Source of the DNA: Geosiphon pyriformis uo1
Lineage: Eukaryota; Fungi; Glomeromycota
Direction: 5' to 3'
Length of the DNA stretch: 64,000 bases
Assembly: GCA_016748015.1 (NCBI GenBank)
Contig: JAAOMT010000222.1
Location: 685,924 to 749,923 of the forward strand
Position numbers and translations under genes: made by a program
Notes under the pieces: generated by a model
Database searches by the model: none
Seen by the model: the letters and a program-made list of their open reading frames with translations, nothing else
Told to the model about the DNA's origin: nothing
In this document: positions 13,801-25,126 of the stretch, one piece after another
Position numbering within the stretch: the stretch's first letter is position 1
How the letters are laid out: each line of letters starts with the position of its first letter

Positions 13801-16548
13801 AAGCTTCAGGTCTTTACAAATCATAGCATCCCACTTGTTGCAAATGCCTATAGGAACAAAGCTAAATTGTGTCTTGTAACTAATTATAGGTTGGAAAACC
13901 GCTGAAACCAAATATAAGAACTGCTTATCTGAAATAGCCTTTTTAAGAACCAAATTTGTAAAGAAACGAATGTCCAAATGTGCCTTAGCTAAACTGGGTT
14001 TGGAAAGGCCTTCAGTTGACAAAAATATGTCCAGATACTGATGGGATTCACCCTTTTTGGCCACAGAGATAGGGGAACCACTAATGAAAAGAGCGGGATT
14101 TCCAACTTTACAATTGATAGGAATAGCTACTGTCTTGTTATTGTTTATTGAGATGTCATTAATCCAAAAAAACTCACTAGCAACGTTCAAAATGTGTTGA
14201 GTTGCACTCTGACTACTGCCAACCCAAATTGTATCATCAACAAAGGCACCAGTGGCAAAATAGGAAGAAAGCCCAGCTTGCGATTCGACATGACCACTCT
14301 TAAAAACAAAATAAGAAATTAGCTTATACCCACAGACACTTTCCTAATGCTTGATTTCGCACAAAAGGGGATCATAAAAAATGCACCACAGGAGGGGGGA
14401 AAAAACCTCTCCCTGATCTAAACCATCATGGACACGATAACCATCTGTCAAACCAAAATCTGTCATGACTCGATTAGTGCGACCTCTATGAATGCCACCA
14501 AAAAACCGAATAAACTTGTCACACATTTTAATTCTGACCAAACACTTCTCCAAATGCTCTCAGCCAACTGAATCATATGTCTTCCTCATATCCTGCAAGA
14601 CCAGCCAAAGCTCTTTGTTCTTTTCCAGGGCATTTTCAACAACCAAACCAACTGCAAAAATGGGGGACTGTGTCGTCGTACCTTTCAAAACTGAAAAATT
14701 GTCACCACAAAGAACATCATGAGTGCTGCATGCTGAAGAAATCCTGTCTGAAAGTATTTTGGAGAGAATCTTGCGAGCTGTCTCAATCAGTGCAATAGGA
14801 CAAGTATTTGTAAGAACACCCTCCCATTTATACGGTTTGGGAATCATCAAAACCCAAGCTTCTCTCCAAGGGCCAGGGACAGATTCCTCAGACAGGCAAG
14901 AGTTCAAAAGCACCAAGAGCATATTAAGAACTGAAACATCGCAATGTTTCTAAAGCTCATTTAAGATACCTGAAAAGCCAGCAGCTTTGCCATCCGGCAG
15001 ATTGGAAACAACCCCAAACAATTCGTCGAAGTCGATCAAACCCATTACACCAGAAAAAACTTTGTCAAAAACATAACCCAAAGGATGATACTGGCAAGAC
15101 CACTCATCATTAATGTCGAGCACCACCCTTTGCTTTCTAGTCCAGCCTTCCATAATCTCATCTATCTTAGACTTCACAAGAGCAGGATCCAACACCATCT
15201 CATCCCCCACCACCAAATGATCTAAAACCACCTTGCAAAAGGGTCGTTCCAAAACACTACGTACAGTATGACCTTTGTTCAACTCAAAACTCTCCATTCT
15301 TTTGTCAATTGCTGACTTGATCTGAGATTCTTTTGCATGGTTAGACTCTGACAACTTAGATGAATGGTAAGATTTCCTTATCTTGGCCAAAGCTGAACGA
15401 ATGGTATTAAAATGAGAACCCGAAAGAAAGAGAGACTCCACAACAGAAGCATTAGCAGTATCAATTCCCTTCCATGTGTTAAGTAGAGAAACAAATTCCT
15501 CATGAGAGACCAGACGAGAGGCTTTGACAATCTTCAACACCAAAAGTTCTAATTTGTGAAATCTGGATGATACTCTATTATAAACATTGTCAAAACTCTT
15601 AAACCATTTTTTTTTGAAAACATTTTCAGCCGACAAACACACCACTTGGCAAAGGTAACTCCACATTGTGTCCAGATCCAAACATATCTTGGCAGCATAA
15701 AATTCATCATGGAACATGGCAGCATTCGCCAAAGTATTTTCTTTAAACTTGATCCAATCGGCGTCATCAGCATTCACAAAATTGTACTTCCAGCGATCCT
15801 TATTCGCCCGATTGCGCAATGAGTTCAACTGTACATCCAGCAAACCACCAAGACCCACGGAAACAGAAATGGCTTTATGATCAGTGTCAAAATACTCTTC
15901 AACACCAGATACATCATGACCCAAAATTGCGTTAACAAGACTTGACGACACAAACACATAATCAATAATTTTAGCCACCCCATGAGAATTATTTTATGTA
16001 GCTTCTTTTTCAAACATGCTTCCACTCAAAGAGTTGACCAAACTCAAATCAAAGCATTTTTTTAAGCTGGCACTTTTGCGAGAATCATCTTCATTGAAGT
16101 CACCACCCAAGACAATGAAAGAAGACTCATTTACTGCCCTTGCGATCAAAAAATTGATATCATCTGCCTGAGAGAAATGTACTGCCAAAGATGATCCAGC
16201 ATATAGCCCCAAAATTGACACAGACAGCTTATTTTTGAAGAGAAGCTTAATAGAAAGAAACCAGCCAGGAATGTCTAACACCTTACACACATGCCAAGCC
16301 AAAAAATTGTTCATAATGATTGCGATCCCAGAACCCATGTGACCAGAACTCAAACCAGAAGTAAAAACCTGGACACCAACAAACTTATTCATAATCCAAG
16401 GGCAAACCCCATCTTTCAACTTAGTCTCAGTAACAATTGAAATCATATTGTTCATTTCTTTATGCCAACAAATAATATCCTTCTGTTTTGCAGGATTGTT
16501 TATACCCCTAACATTGCACATGGCAATTTTCCAAATATAACTGGTCAT
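10877..16548 (-). pseudogene. LINE ORF2: APE endonuclease, RT, RNase H, CCHC
   Basis: APE: CNVRGIN, VTETKL, LGGDFNE, IDYVFVS, TDHKAI. RT: PIALIE, LQDMRKTYDSV, GLDQGEVFSPLLW, FVDD. RNase H: YTNG, AELQAI, LDSQ, WHKVKSHSGILGNEHAD. C-terminal CLYC..HVFSC. Several premature stops. Confidence 0.92.
11454..12432 (-). repeat. Solo LTR of family B inserted in LINE ORF2
   Basis: TGTTACC..GGTAACA termini, 979 bp, homologous to 30085-31065. TSD TCAT/CCAT. Removal restores ORF2 as VAVRKWLYNRLYPSVLCLYC. Confidence 0.93.
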
Positions 16549-18452
16549 TGAGATAAAGAGAGGACCAAAGAACCCGAACCAGCACACATCTGCTCTAACT
16601 TTGCCAAAATCGAACCAATGGAGGCATCAAGAGCAACCAACTTCGATTCTAAAACACCAATTTTAGAAGTCAGCACCTTGGAACTGCTATGACCCAATTG
16701 AGAATTATTATCACCAGAAGGGAAAGAAATGGGTTGAGTCAAAGGAACGTCTAACACCATGTTGAAATCCAAGTCAGAGTTAGCCACCATGAGAGAACCA
16801 GAGACAGACGGTTAAGAAGTATCCACCAGAGGAATCATATTAGAAGGAGGAACTAAAGACACCAAACTGAGATTGTTAAAATAAAGAAGAATGTTTGAAA
16901 TTTGATCAGATAAAAGCTCTACAGAGTGTTCCAGATGCACTAAATGTGCACCCAAGGGGGCATCGATCATAGAGGGAGGGGAAGGGGTATTACCAGAACT
17001 TGAAGTACCAAAGAGCAGAGAACCAGAACCAGAGCCATCAAGAGAAACATGAGAGACCGAAGCAACTAAGACCACTTGGGCCCAAGATTTGCCTCCAAAA
17101 GCAACAAGACGAGAGATCGGAACCTTCTTTTTAGCATATAATTTGGCCAACTGGAGACGAGTATTCAAGTTAGCAGGCTTTTTAAAAGATTTGTGTGACT
17201 GAAAATCTGATGCAATCTCAGCATCACATTCCAAGGCAGAATGACCGAACTTCCCACACCGTTCACAGTGAATCAAATCCAACCTAGCCCATGAGAGTTT
17301 TACTTCACCCAAGATTGGCTCTGTGTGAAAGGCTGATTCCATAGCTTCATCAGATTCAAAACATACCACAGCACAGCGTGTTCTGTTGCCAGTTTCCAAT
17401 GAATGATTGATAACACAAGTTTTCCCACCAGCCCCTTCCAAAAGATTCTCAAGGTCATGAGCTGTTGTTCCTACTGGCAAAGTGAACAGAAGTGCTCTGA
17501 ATTGATCCCTAAAAGCCCATGTTTCATGATCTCCCACAGTCTTGGCCACACGTACAAAATCTTTCCCAATTAGAAAAGACCATTTTGATGTGAACAGATC
17601 AGCCTGGCTAGATTCGGCAAACTCCACCACAGCCTTCTGCCATAGCCCAATTAACTGGACTTTGATAGACACTATCTGACCATACTCGGATACTGTGGTG
17701 ATGATCATTTTCTTTGGCGTGTCCATGAGAATTTCCTTGATTACTACAGTCCAATCTGAGCGAATTCCTTGTCTCTTAAGATCGCTGTTTACTATGATGT
17801 TATTTTTCTTGGCCAATGATGTGGCCTTTTCCATGCTCTCTAATGAAGTAAATGTCAATCTGATGATCCCTTCAAATTTTGAGGGGATAGTAGCCCCCCC
17901 AAAACCGTTGATTTTTGAAAACAATTTTCTGATCAATTGAGTTTTTACAGTCACTGATTTGCCTTCCACAGCCGAGAGATTAATATCTAATGCAAAGAAT
18001 TTCCTAACAGCAACTTCCACTTGAGATTTAACAATCTTGGGATCCAACCACATTTTTTCTAAAGGAATACCAAGAGGAGAGGGGAGAGGACCACCATTAT
18101 CATTATTCATGTTGTAATCTAACAAACCAAGAAGGGAGCCACAGTCCAAATTATTCTTAACTCTCTTTGTCTTAGGAGTAATTGCAGCCAAGCCAAGAAG
18201 AGAACCATCATTACCACCAGCCAAGATGCCATCAGTAACACTGTCACCAGAATCACTTTCTATATCCGAGTATTGACTTCCACCAGAAATAGGTTTGGCC
18301 AAAGCAGCTTTGTTTCTATCACTAGACTGATCCATATGGCGAAGGAAAATTCTTTTTTTTTGAGAGGAGGGACCACCAACAGAACCAGAAGAAGCACCAA
18401 TAGGAGCTTTCTTATTCGACATACTACTGCCAGAAGCAGCTTCCAAGTCCAC
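16545..18452 (-). pseudogene. LINE ORF1 (RRM-like region, CCHC knuckle, coiled coil)
   Basis: CERCGKFGHSALEC knuckle; one in-frame stop at 16812 joins ORFs 16812-18494 and 16545-16790. Start is GTG at 18452 or ATG at 18422. Confidence 0.88.
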
Positions 18453-18669
18453 AATAAAGGGATTATTTGTAAGAGAAATGTTGAGGTACAGCAAGTGAAA
18501 AACAAAAAACTACTTTCAAAATATGACTTTTTTTCAGGAATTTGAGACAAAGGAGAGTATTATTTTTTTTTTTATATTTAATATTTATAAAATTTTTAAA
18601 ACTTTAATATATCTGGTATTTTTAAAATTTTTTTTGGTATTTTTAAAATTTCTAATATTATGTTATTTT

Positions 18670-19015
18670 TTTTATTAATTTAATAAGTAGAATCTAAATA
18701 CAAATTAATATAATATATTAAATTAAGTGATTTAAATTAAATATAAATCATGTATTTATTATATATAACTAGTTATTTAAGCTAATTAAAACAATACTAC
18801 TTCTTTATATAAATAAAAATAAAAAGACACAAAATATATATACTAAAACTAATATTTAAAGTCTTTGTAATACTAAGCAATTTAATTATACTCCTTAATA
18901 ATACATTCAAAAAACTGTTAACAGAGAAAAATACTAAGCCATTTAGTAGAATAAAATTTTTTTTTTATAATTATCTAATATTTAAAGCAAATAAACCAAA
19001 TCTTGCTATTATTTT
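18670..19015 (-). mobile_element. Old, AT-eroded LINE 3'-end fragment
   Basis: Colinear with the LINE ORF2 C-terminus and 3' UTR at 10760-11110 once C->T/G->A decay is allowed for. Confidence 0.6.
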
Positions 19016-21383
19016 GCATCTGTTTGTTAAATGATTTTAATTTCAAGTTATTTAGTAAAATAATTTATTATAATTACAATATAATGGTTTTTTTGAATTA
19101 TAATAAGTAATAGTTTAACTAAATTGATTTCTATTTTGTTAAATAATTGTCCAACTTTAATTAAATTTAGAGATTCTGTAAAATAAGTTTTTTCTTTTTT
19201 TTAATAACTATTATAAGATTTTACATATTATTAAATATTTTTTTGTATATATAACCAAAAATAATATTTAAATATTTTTTAAATTATATTATGTTTTCTT
19301 AAGTATACTAATAAAAAGTTTCTATACATATTATATAAAATTGTTTTTTTTTATTTTATTAAATTAATCTAAGTAAATTGTTTAAATTTTAATAATTTTG
19401 ATAATAAATTTTATTATAATATAAAAAATATTGTTTGAATTGGTGTTATAATTAATGTTTTTACTTAAAAACCAATTTTTTAATATAATAAAAGTTTTTA
19501 AATAGTTTTTAATATTGTTATATATTTTTAAATTCATTGTTTATTGGTTGTTTGTTTTGGTTATTGTAGTATAATTGGTGTTTTTTTGACTTGTTGATAT
19601 TAATTTTAATTTTGTTTTATTCTGAAAAAGTTATTTATATTAGTATATAATTTTTCTGGTTTGTGATAAACAATATATTTATAATTAGCTAAAAAATCAG
19701 TTTATTTAGATTGTTTAATATTAAGTTTTAAATTCTTTTTGTTAAGCTATTTAAGATTAATATTGTTAATAATAATGTCAAATTTTTTTTTTCCTTATAA
19801 GTACTATTAAAAATGCTTAAAAGCCCAGATAACAACTGCTGTTTTTAATTTAATAGAACTATATTTGAGTTTTGTTAGCTTAAAAGTTCTGTTAACATAA
19901 TTAATTATTTGTTTTTTGCTATTATTATTTAATTGTAATAAAATAGCATTAAAAATAGTATATAAAATATTGGTAAGTAGTTGGAATTGTTTATTAAAGT
20001 CTAAATAAGTAAGAATTAGGACTGTTGTTAGTTTTGTTTTTAGAATCTCAAAGACTTTTTGTTGTTTTAGAGTTAATTAATATTAAACATTTTTGTTAAT
20101 AAAATAATTAAGTAATTTGGCAATTTTAAAAAAATTTTCAAAAATTTTTTAATAATAAAAAGTTAATTTTATAAATCTTCTTAGTTTGGTAATATTCTAA
20201 AGAATTTAGAAGTTTTTAACAATACTAATTGTTTTTAAATTGAACTAAACTCCATTTTTACTAATAATATATTTAAAGAATATCAAGTTTGTTTTTCTAA
20301 AGTGACATTTTTCAATATTTAATTTCAATTCTGCTTTTTGTAATTGTTGAAAAACTTTTTACAGATAAATTAAATAAGCTTTGAAACTTAGAGAGTATAT
20401 ATTAATATTATTAAGATAAACAACTACTAATTGTTACAGAAGTTATTTATAGACAATATTTATAAGTTGTTAAAATATTGCTGATATAGTGTAAAATTTA
20501 AAAAGCATAATATTAAACTCATAATTTTTTTTTAGATGGTAAAAACTGTTTTTAGTCAGTCTTTAAGATCTATTTCAATTTGTTAATATCTTTTTTCTAA
20601 GTTTAAAGTTAAGAAGAACTTGGCTTTTTCTAAAACATCTAACATATTGTTAATTTTTGAAAGAGAGTAGATATTTTCAATTGTTATACTATTAAGTTGA
20701 CAATAATTTACATAAAATCAAAATTTTCTGTTTTTCTTTTTGACTAAAACTATTAATAAAATCCAAAAGCTTTTTAAAAAGAATAAAATTATTATTAAAC
20801 ATCTGTTGAATCTTTTTTTTAATAAACTGGTAACTGGTAAGTAAGACTTAATATGTTTGTTGATGTTTTAATAAAGCATTTTTTATGTGGATTTGGTGTT
20901 AAATAATATTTGTTTTTTCTAAATTATTGTTGTTTTTGGCAAATATATTAGTATATTTAGTAATAAATTGTTTTAATTGTTTTTGTTGTTAAAGTTTAAG
21001 AAACTTATGTTAATTTAAACAAGTTTTTTTTCAATAATATAATAGTTTTTGTGCTTAAAATAATGTTTAAATTTGAGAAAAGTGTTGTTACAAGTAATTA
21101 TTTAGAGTGTTAAAACAAATAACAAACTTATAACTTGGTGCTTAATAGTTGGAAATATTAATAATTTCTAAAGATTTTGGTTAAGTCTTTTGTATAATAA
21201 ACAGATATTTAATTAATAATTTTTTCTGTAAATTTTTTTTTTCAGTATGATAACCAGTTTATTTTGGCAGTTATATTTTTCTAATAAGCTATTCTTAAAT
21301 TTCTATTTTTGTTCTTAGGTTTTTTATTAAGCTATCTTTGATGTTAATTACTTAATGCTTAAATTTTATAATCAATTAGTAAA

Positions 21384-23670
21384 AAAACTTTTTGTCTCCT
21401 TAATTTTATGACCATGATCAGAGCAAAGAGTAAAAAAGCTGCACTAGATATCTGTCCTGAGATATCTAATAAAATTTTAACCAGAGGAGCTCTCTCTGTT
21501 GTAGAAACAACTAGGCAAAACGTTTTAGAAGCCTTTCCCTTATCCAGTAATCATAAAAAACTGCCTTTGGTAGCCACTGAATCAACTTTCTCATCTTTGA
21601 CTGGTTTTTCATTGGTTAAAGTTCCCTCAAAGAGACACACTTGGGTTAGTTCCAGTGTTGCCTCCACCCCAACTAAGAGCCCAAAAGTTTTTAATAATAG
21701 ACCAGTAAATAAGCTGGTCTTTCCCTCTATAGATTCAACACCTGGTGCTTCTGGCACCATTTCTTCAAAAAAAATGGTCAAAAAGACCAAAAGTTTAGAA
21801 AAATGGGGGCAGTTGCTTGCCTCTGCTATTGTTACACTGAACCCCTTTGTGATTTCCAATGAGATCTTAGATGAGATTTTTGTAGCATCATCTGACATGT
21901 CATCCAAGATGAGCCAAGATTAACCACTGGCTGTGTTGTCAAATGTGGTGTCTTCCAGCAGATCTTTGCTGGTTTTAGAAGCAAAACAATCTCCTCCTGT
22001 TGAGTCACCTGTTCTTGAGAACTGGGCTGATCAAATGGAAACTAAATCATCTCCTTCTCTAGTTTCTGGTACTACTTCTGGTGGTGCTTGGGAAATTATT
22101 ACTAGTCGTCAAAGGTTTGCTGGGTGAGTGGCCTTTACTCTGGTGCTTGATGCTACTTTTAAGATCAAATTGGCTCATGTTAAGATTGTTTTTCAGTCTG
22201 TGCATGGTTTTTTGGGTGCTAAATCTGTTTCAAAAAACAATGTGAAGCTTTTCTGTGTGGAGTTTGCTTCTTAACAGTCTTTGGAAACTGCATTTCTGGT
22301 TGAGCTTACAAGCTCTGTTTGTTTGACCACTCTCAAAATTGCTAAGTTTTTGGTGGTTTCTGAATCTGGTTCCTCTTCTGCTGCTGTTGCGCTGTGTGAT
22401 GTGCCTTTGGGTGTGTCTGCTGTTGACATTAAGTTGGCTCTCAGTGTGTTTGGTAGTGTCACTTGTGTTGTGCTAAAGCCTGCTGGCATTTGGCAGTATG
22501 TGGTGGTATATTTTGAAAAGTTGGACTTTGCTGTGTCTGCCTTGAAGCATTGGTCAGTCTTGGTGGGCAAAGATAGTGTTAGAATCCTCCCTTTGGTGAA
22601 TCAAAATAAGACTATTTTGTCTTATAATAAGTTTAAGGCCAAATTGGTTAACCTTCCCTCTGGCTGTACTGTCTTTGAAATCAGTGATATGATTTCTCAG
22701 ATTGGTGGTCGAACATGTTTCATCTCTCGTTTTCCTGATTCTGGTCATTGTTCTTAGTTTGCTTTGGTTACATTTGACTCTTAAGGCAATTTTGAATTCT
22801 GCTGTAGTCAAGACTGGTACTCTAAGAAAATGCCGTATTTGGTGGGAAACTCCTGGCTGCTGGTGCTGCTTTAGATGTCAAGAAATGGGCCATCTGGCCA
22901 TGGATTGCAAGATTTTCTCACCTCCCACTCTCAAGATTCCCAAGGTTTTCAAGTCTTGTTTTGTGAGTTCTGCTTTATATGCCAAGACTGCTGCTCCTTC
23001 TGGTCTTTCTGAGTTTCCTCTTTTAGTGGCTTCTTCGGCTGCTTCTGCTGCTGATCCTGCTGTTAGTTCCAGGTTGGACTCTTTGGAAAAGCAGATTTCG
23101 GATTTGGCTGCTCTGGTTAAGTCTATTGTTGAGCCTGTTGGTTCTTTGGTTGCTTTGGTGTCTTGTTTTCTTGATGATAATGCTGCTAAGGCTGTTCAGG
23201 TTGAGAAAAATCTCATTTTCATAAAGAGTGCTGCTAACAATTTTTCTAACCTCTTGGTTGAAGTCTCCAAGGACATTGCTTGTCTTAGATTTGAGGTTGA
23301 CTTTGGTAATATGGATTATGATGGTATGCTGGCTGCTAAGCCTTCTTTTTTAAGTGAGAACACTATTGAGCGTGTTATTGCTTTGTGGTGAATGTCTGGT
23401 GCTAAAACCAAGAGCAATATTGAGTCTACTAGATTGTTTTTTAGTGAGTTTATTTTTGACTCTAGAAATCTGAATGGTATCATTGAGAGAATTCGTGGGT
23501 TGGAGTTATTCTTACCTACTTTTGATTCAGCATAGTGAGTCCTTGATTGGGCCGAGTGTCTAATCATGTGTAGAAAACGCATGATTTATGCCTATAATAT
23601 AATTCTTTCTGTGGTATCATAGTTTTAGGTAGTATTTGGGTCTTGCTCGTTAAAATATAATAAAAAAAAA
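21384..23670 (+). mobile_element. ORF1-only non-autonomous LINE derivative (HAL1-like)
   Basis: TSD AATTAGTAAA (21374-21383 and 23671-23680), A-rich tail, single ORF1-like frame, 3' UTR homologous to that of the LINE at 10762-10879, no ORF2 sequence. Confidence 0.88.
21408..23535 (+). pseudogene. Divergent LINE ORF1-like protein (~700 aa when repaired)
   Basis: ORFs at 21408, 21933 and 22281 share one frame; one +1 frameshift at ~22790. GIWQYVVVYF, WSVLVGKDSVRI, GGRTCFI and CFRCQEMGHLAMDC align with LINE ORF1. Ends FDSA-TAG. Confidence 0.82.
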
Positions 23671-24249
23671 AATTAGTAAACAACAAAAAAAACAAAATAA
23701 AACAAAATAAATAAATAAAAAATAAAAAATAAAAATAAATAAAAAATAAAAAATTAGTATCTTATTAATAATCATGATTAAGAGCTATTAGTCTAGTATA
23801 GTATTACTAGTAGAATTTTAGCTATTAATTAGCATGAAATTATCCTTATAATTTCTATTATTAATTAGCATATTATTATTATTTTAACTATCACTTATTA
23901 TTTAATCAAATTATCAAACATCATCATTCAATTAATAACCCAATTTGTACCATAAAAATTAAGATGATCAAATTACACAATACTTTAAACCATTTAATAC
24001 AGTCAAAATTCGCCAAAATTGATAAAATTGGCCGAAATAATCAATAGTTTGTAGAAATAATTTGTAGTTTGCTGAAATGTATTTTTAGTTTGCCAAAATT
24101 AGAGTAAAAAAAAAAGTGCAAGTTCAAAGACTAATACAACAAGTTGTATAAAAAAAGAGCTTCTCTTTTCAAGAAAATGTATCTTTTCATAATATTTATC
24201 ATAGTACTTTACTTTAGATATTTTAATTAGAACAAATTATCTTATATAT

Positions 24250-25126
24250 TGTTACTCATAGAAATATAGGAAATATATTAGCATGATTATTAGCCAATCA
24301 GAAGTAGGTGTAGTAAATGTGGAATTCCAAGATTCCTCTCAGGAATTGCAGGATTCCAGGAATTTTAGAATTTCCTGATGAGGAATTGCAGGATTCCAGA
24401 ATTCCAGAATTTCTCTCAAAGAAATCGCAGGATTCCAGGAATTTCAGGATTCTTGTCGTGAAGAATTAAGGAATTGAGGAATCTCAATTATGTATATATA
24501 GCAGTAGAATTAGAAGCTAAAAAGACAGATTTCTTAGTTTTAGATTTAATTTAAGCAACTCTTCAATTTACAATCATCTAATAAATAATTATTTGTTATC
24601 TCAAACCTATTTTCATTATCAATACTTCATGTTGATAATAATTGATACTTAACCACACTGGAACAATAGCTCTTGATTATGGTTATTGACAGAATACTAA
24701 CTTGCAAATTGCCTTGGCTTATTTCTTTTCTTTCTTTATTTTATTTTATTTTCTTTATTTTCTTGTTTTGATTTTATTGTTGTTTACTAACTTTATTGAA
24801 GATTAATGCACAGGGCACTGATGTCAGAATAAACGTGACTGGTAAAAGACCAGAAATAAGAGTAGAACACTCAATTGAAGATAGCTTACCAGGAGGAATA
24901 CCGGCCATCAAGCTGAGAAAGAAATTGACAAAACTGTGGTTTTGGAAAGCTATGAATAAAACTATCATCATTGAATCTCTGTCCATTATACAAAGAACTC
25001 AACCAAACCCTTCAGATACAAAATTTTCAGATACCAAACCTTCAGATTATTGACAACAAGAATAGCTTTGAACACCAGGTTACAGGTTTGTATTTAATTC
25101 AACACCAGAAATTGTCACCTGTAACA
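24250..25126 (+). repeat. 5' LTR of A, with a GAATTCCAG-motif array and a TATA-like TATATATA
   Basis: TGTTA..TAACA; direct repeat of 43378-44238, which has fewer motif units. Confidence 0.95.

Larger units (their letters stand above)
10737..18558 (-). mobile_element. Full-length but inactivated non-LTR retrotransposon (LINE) with RNase H and a (TAA)n tail
   Basis: Two ORFs, short 5' UTR, ~115-nt 3' UTR ending CTCGTTAAA(TAA)n at 10737-10768. Interrupted by a solo LTR. TSD not resolvable in the AT-rich flanks. Confidence 0.93.

Noticed and set aside
24321-24485. Repeat arrays as CRISPR or as heat-shock elements
   Set aside because: No unique spacers or cas genes, and the arrays are parts of LTRs. 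Only two-unit TTCnnGAA matches occur, without the 5-bp periodicity of a full HSE.
24796-25053. 85-aa ORF inside the A LTR, in frame with gag
   Set aside because: TTG start; TAG and TGA separate it from gag in both LTR copies, and B has an in-frame TAA at the LTR end. Not supported as coding, though not fully excluded.
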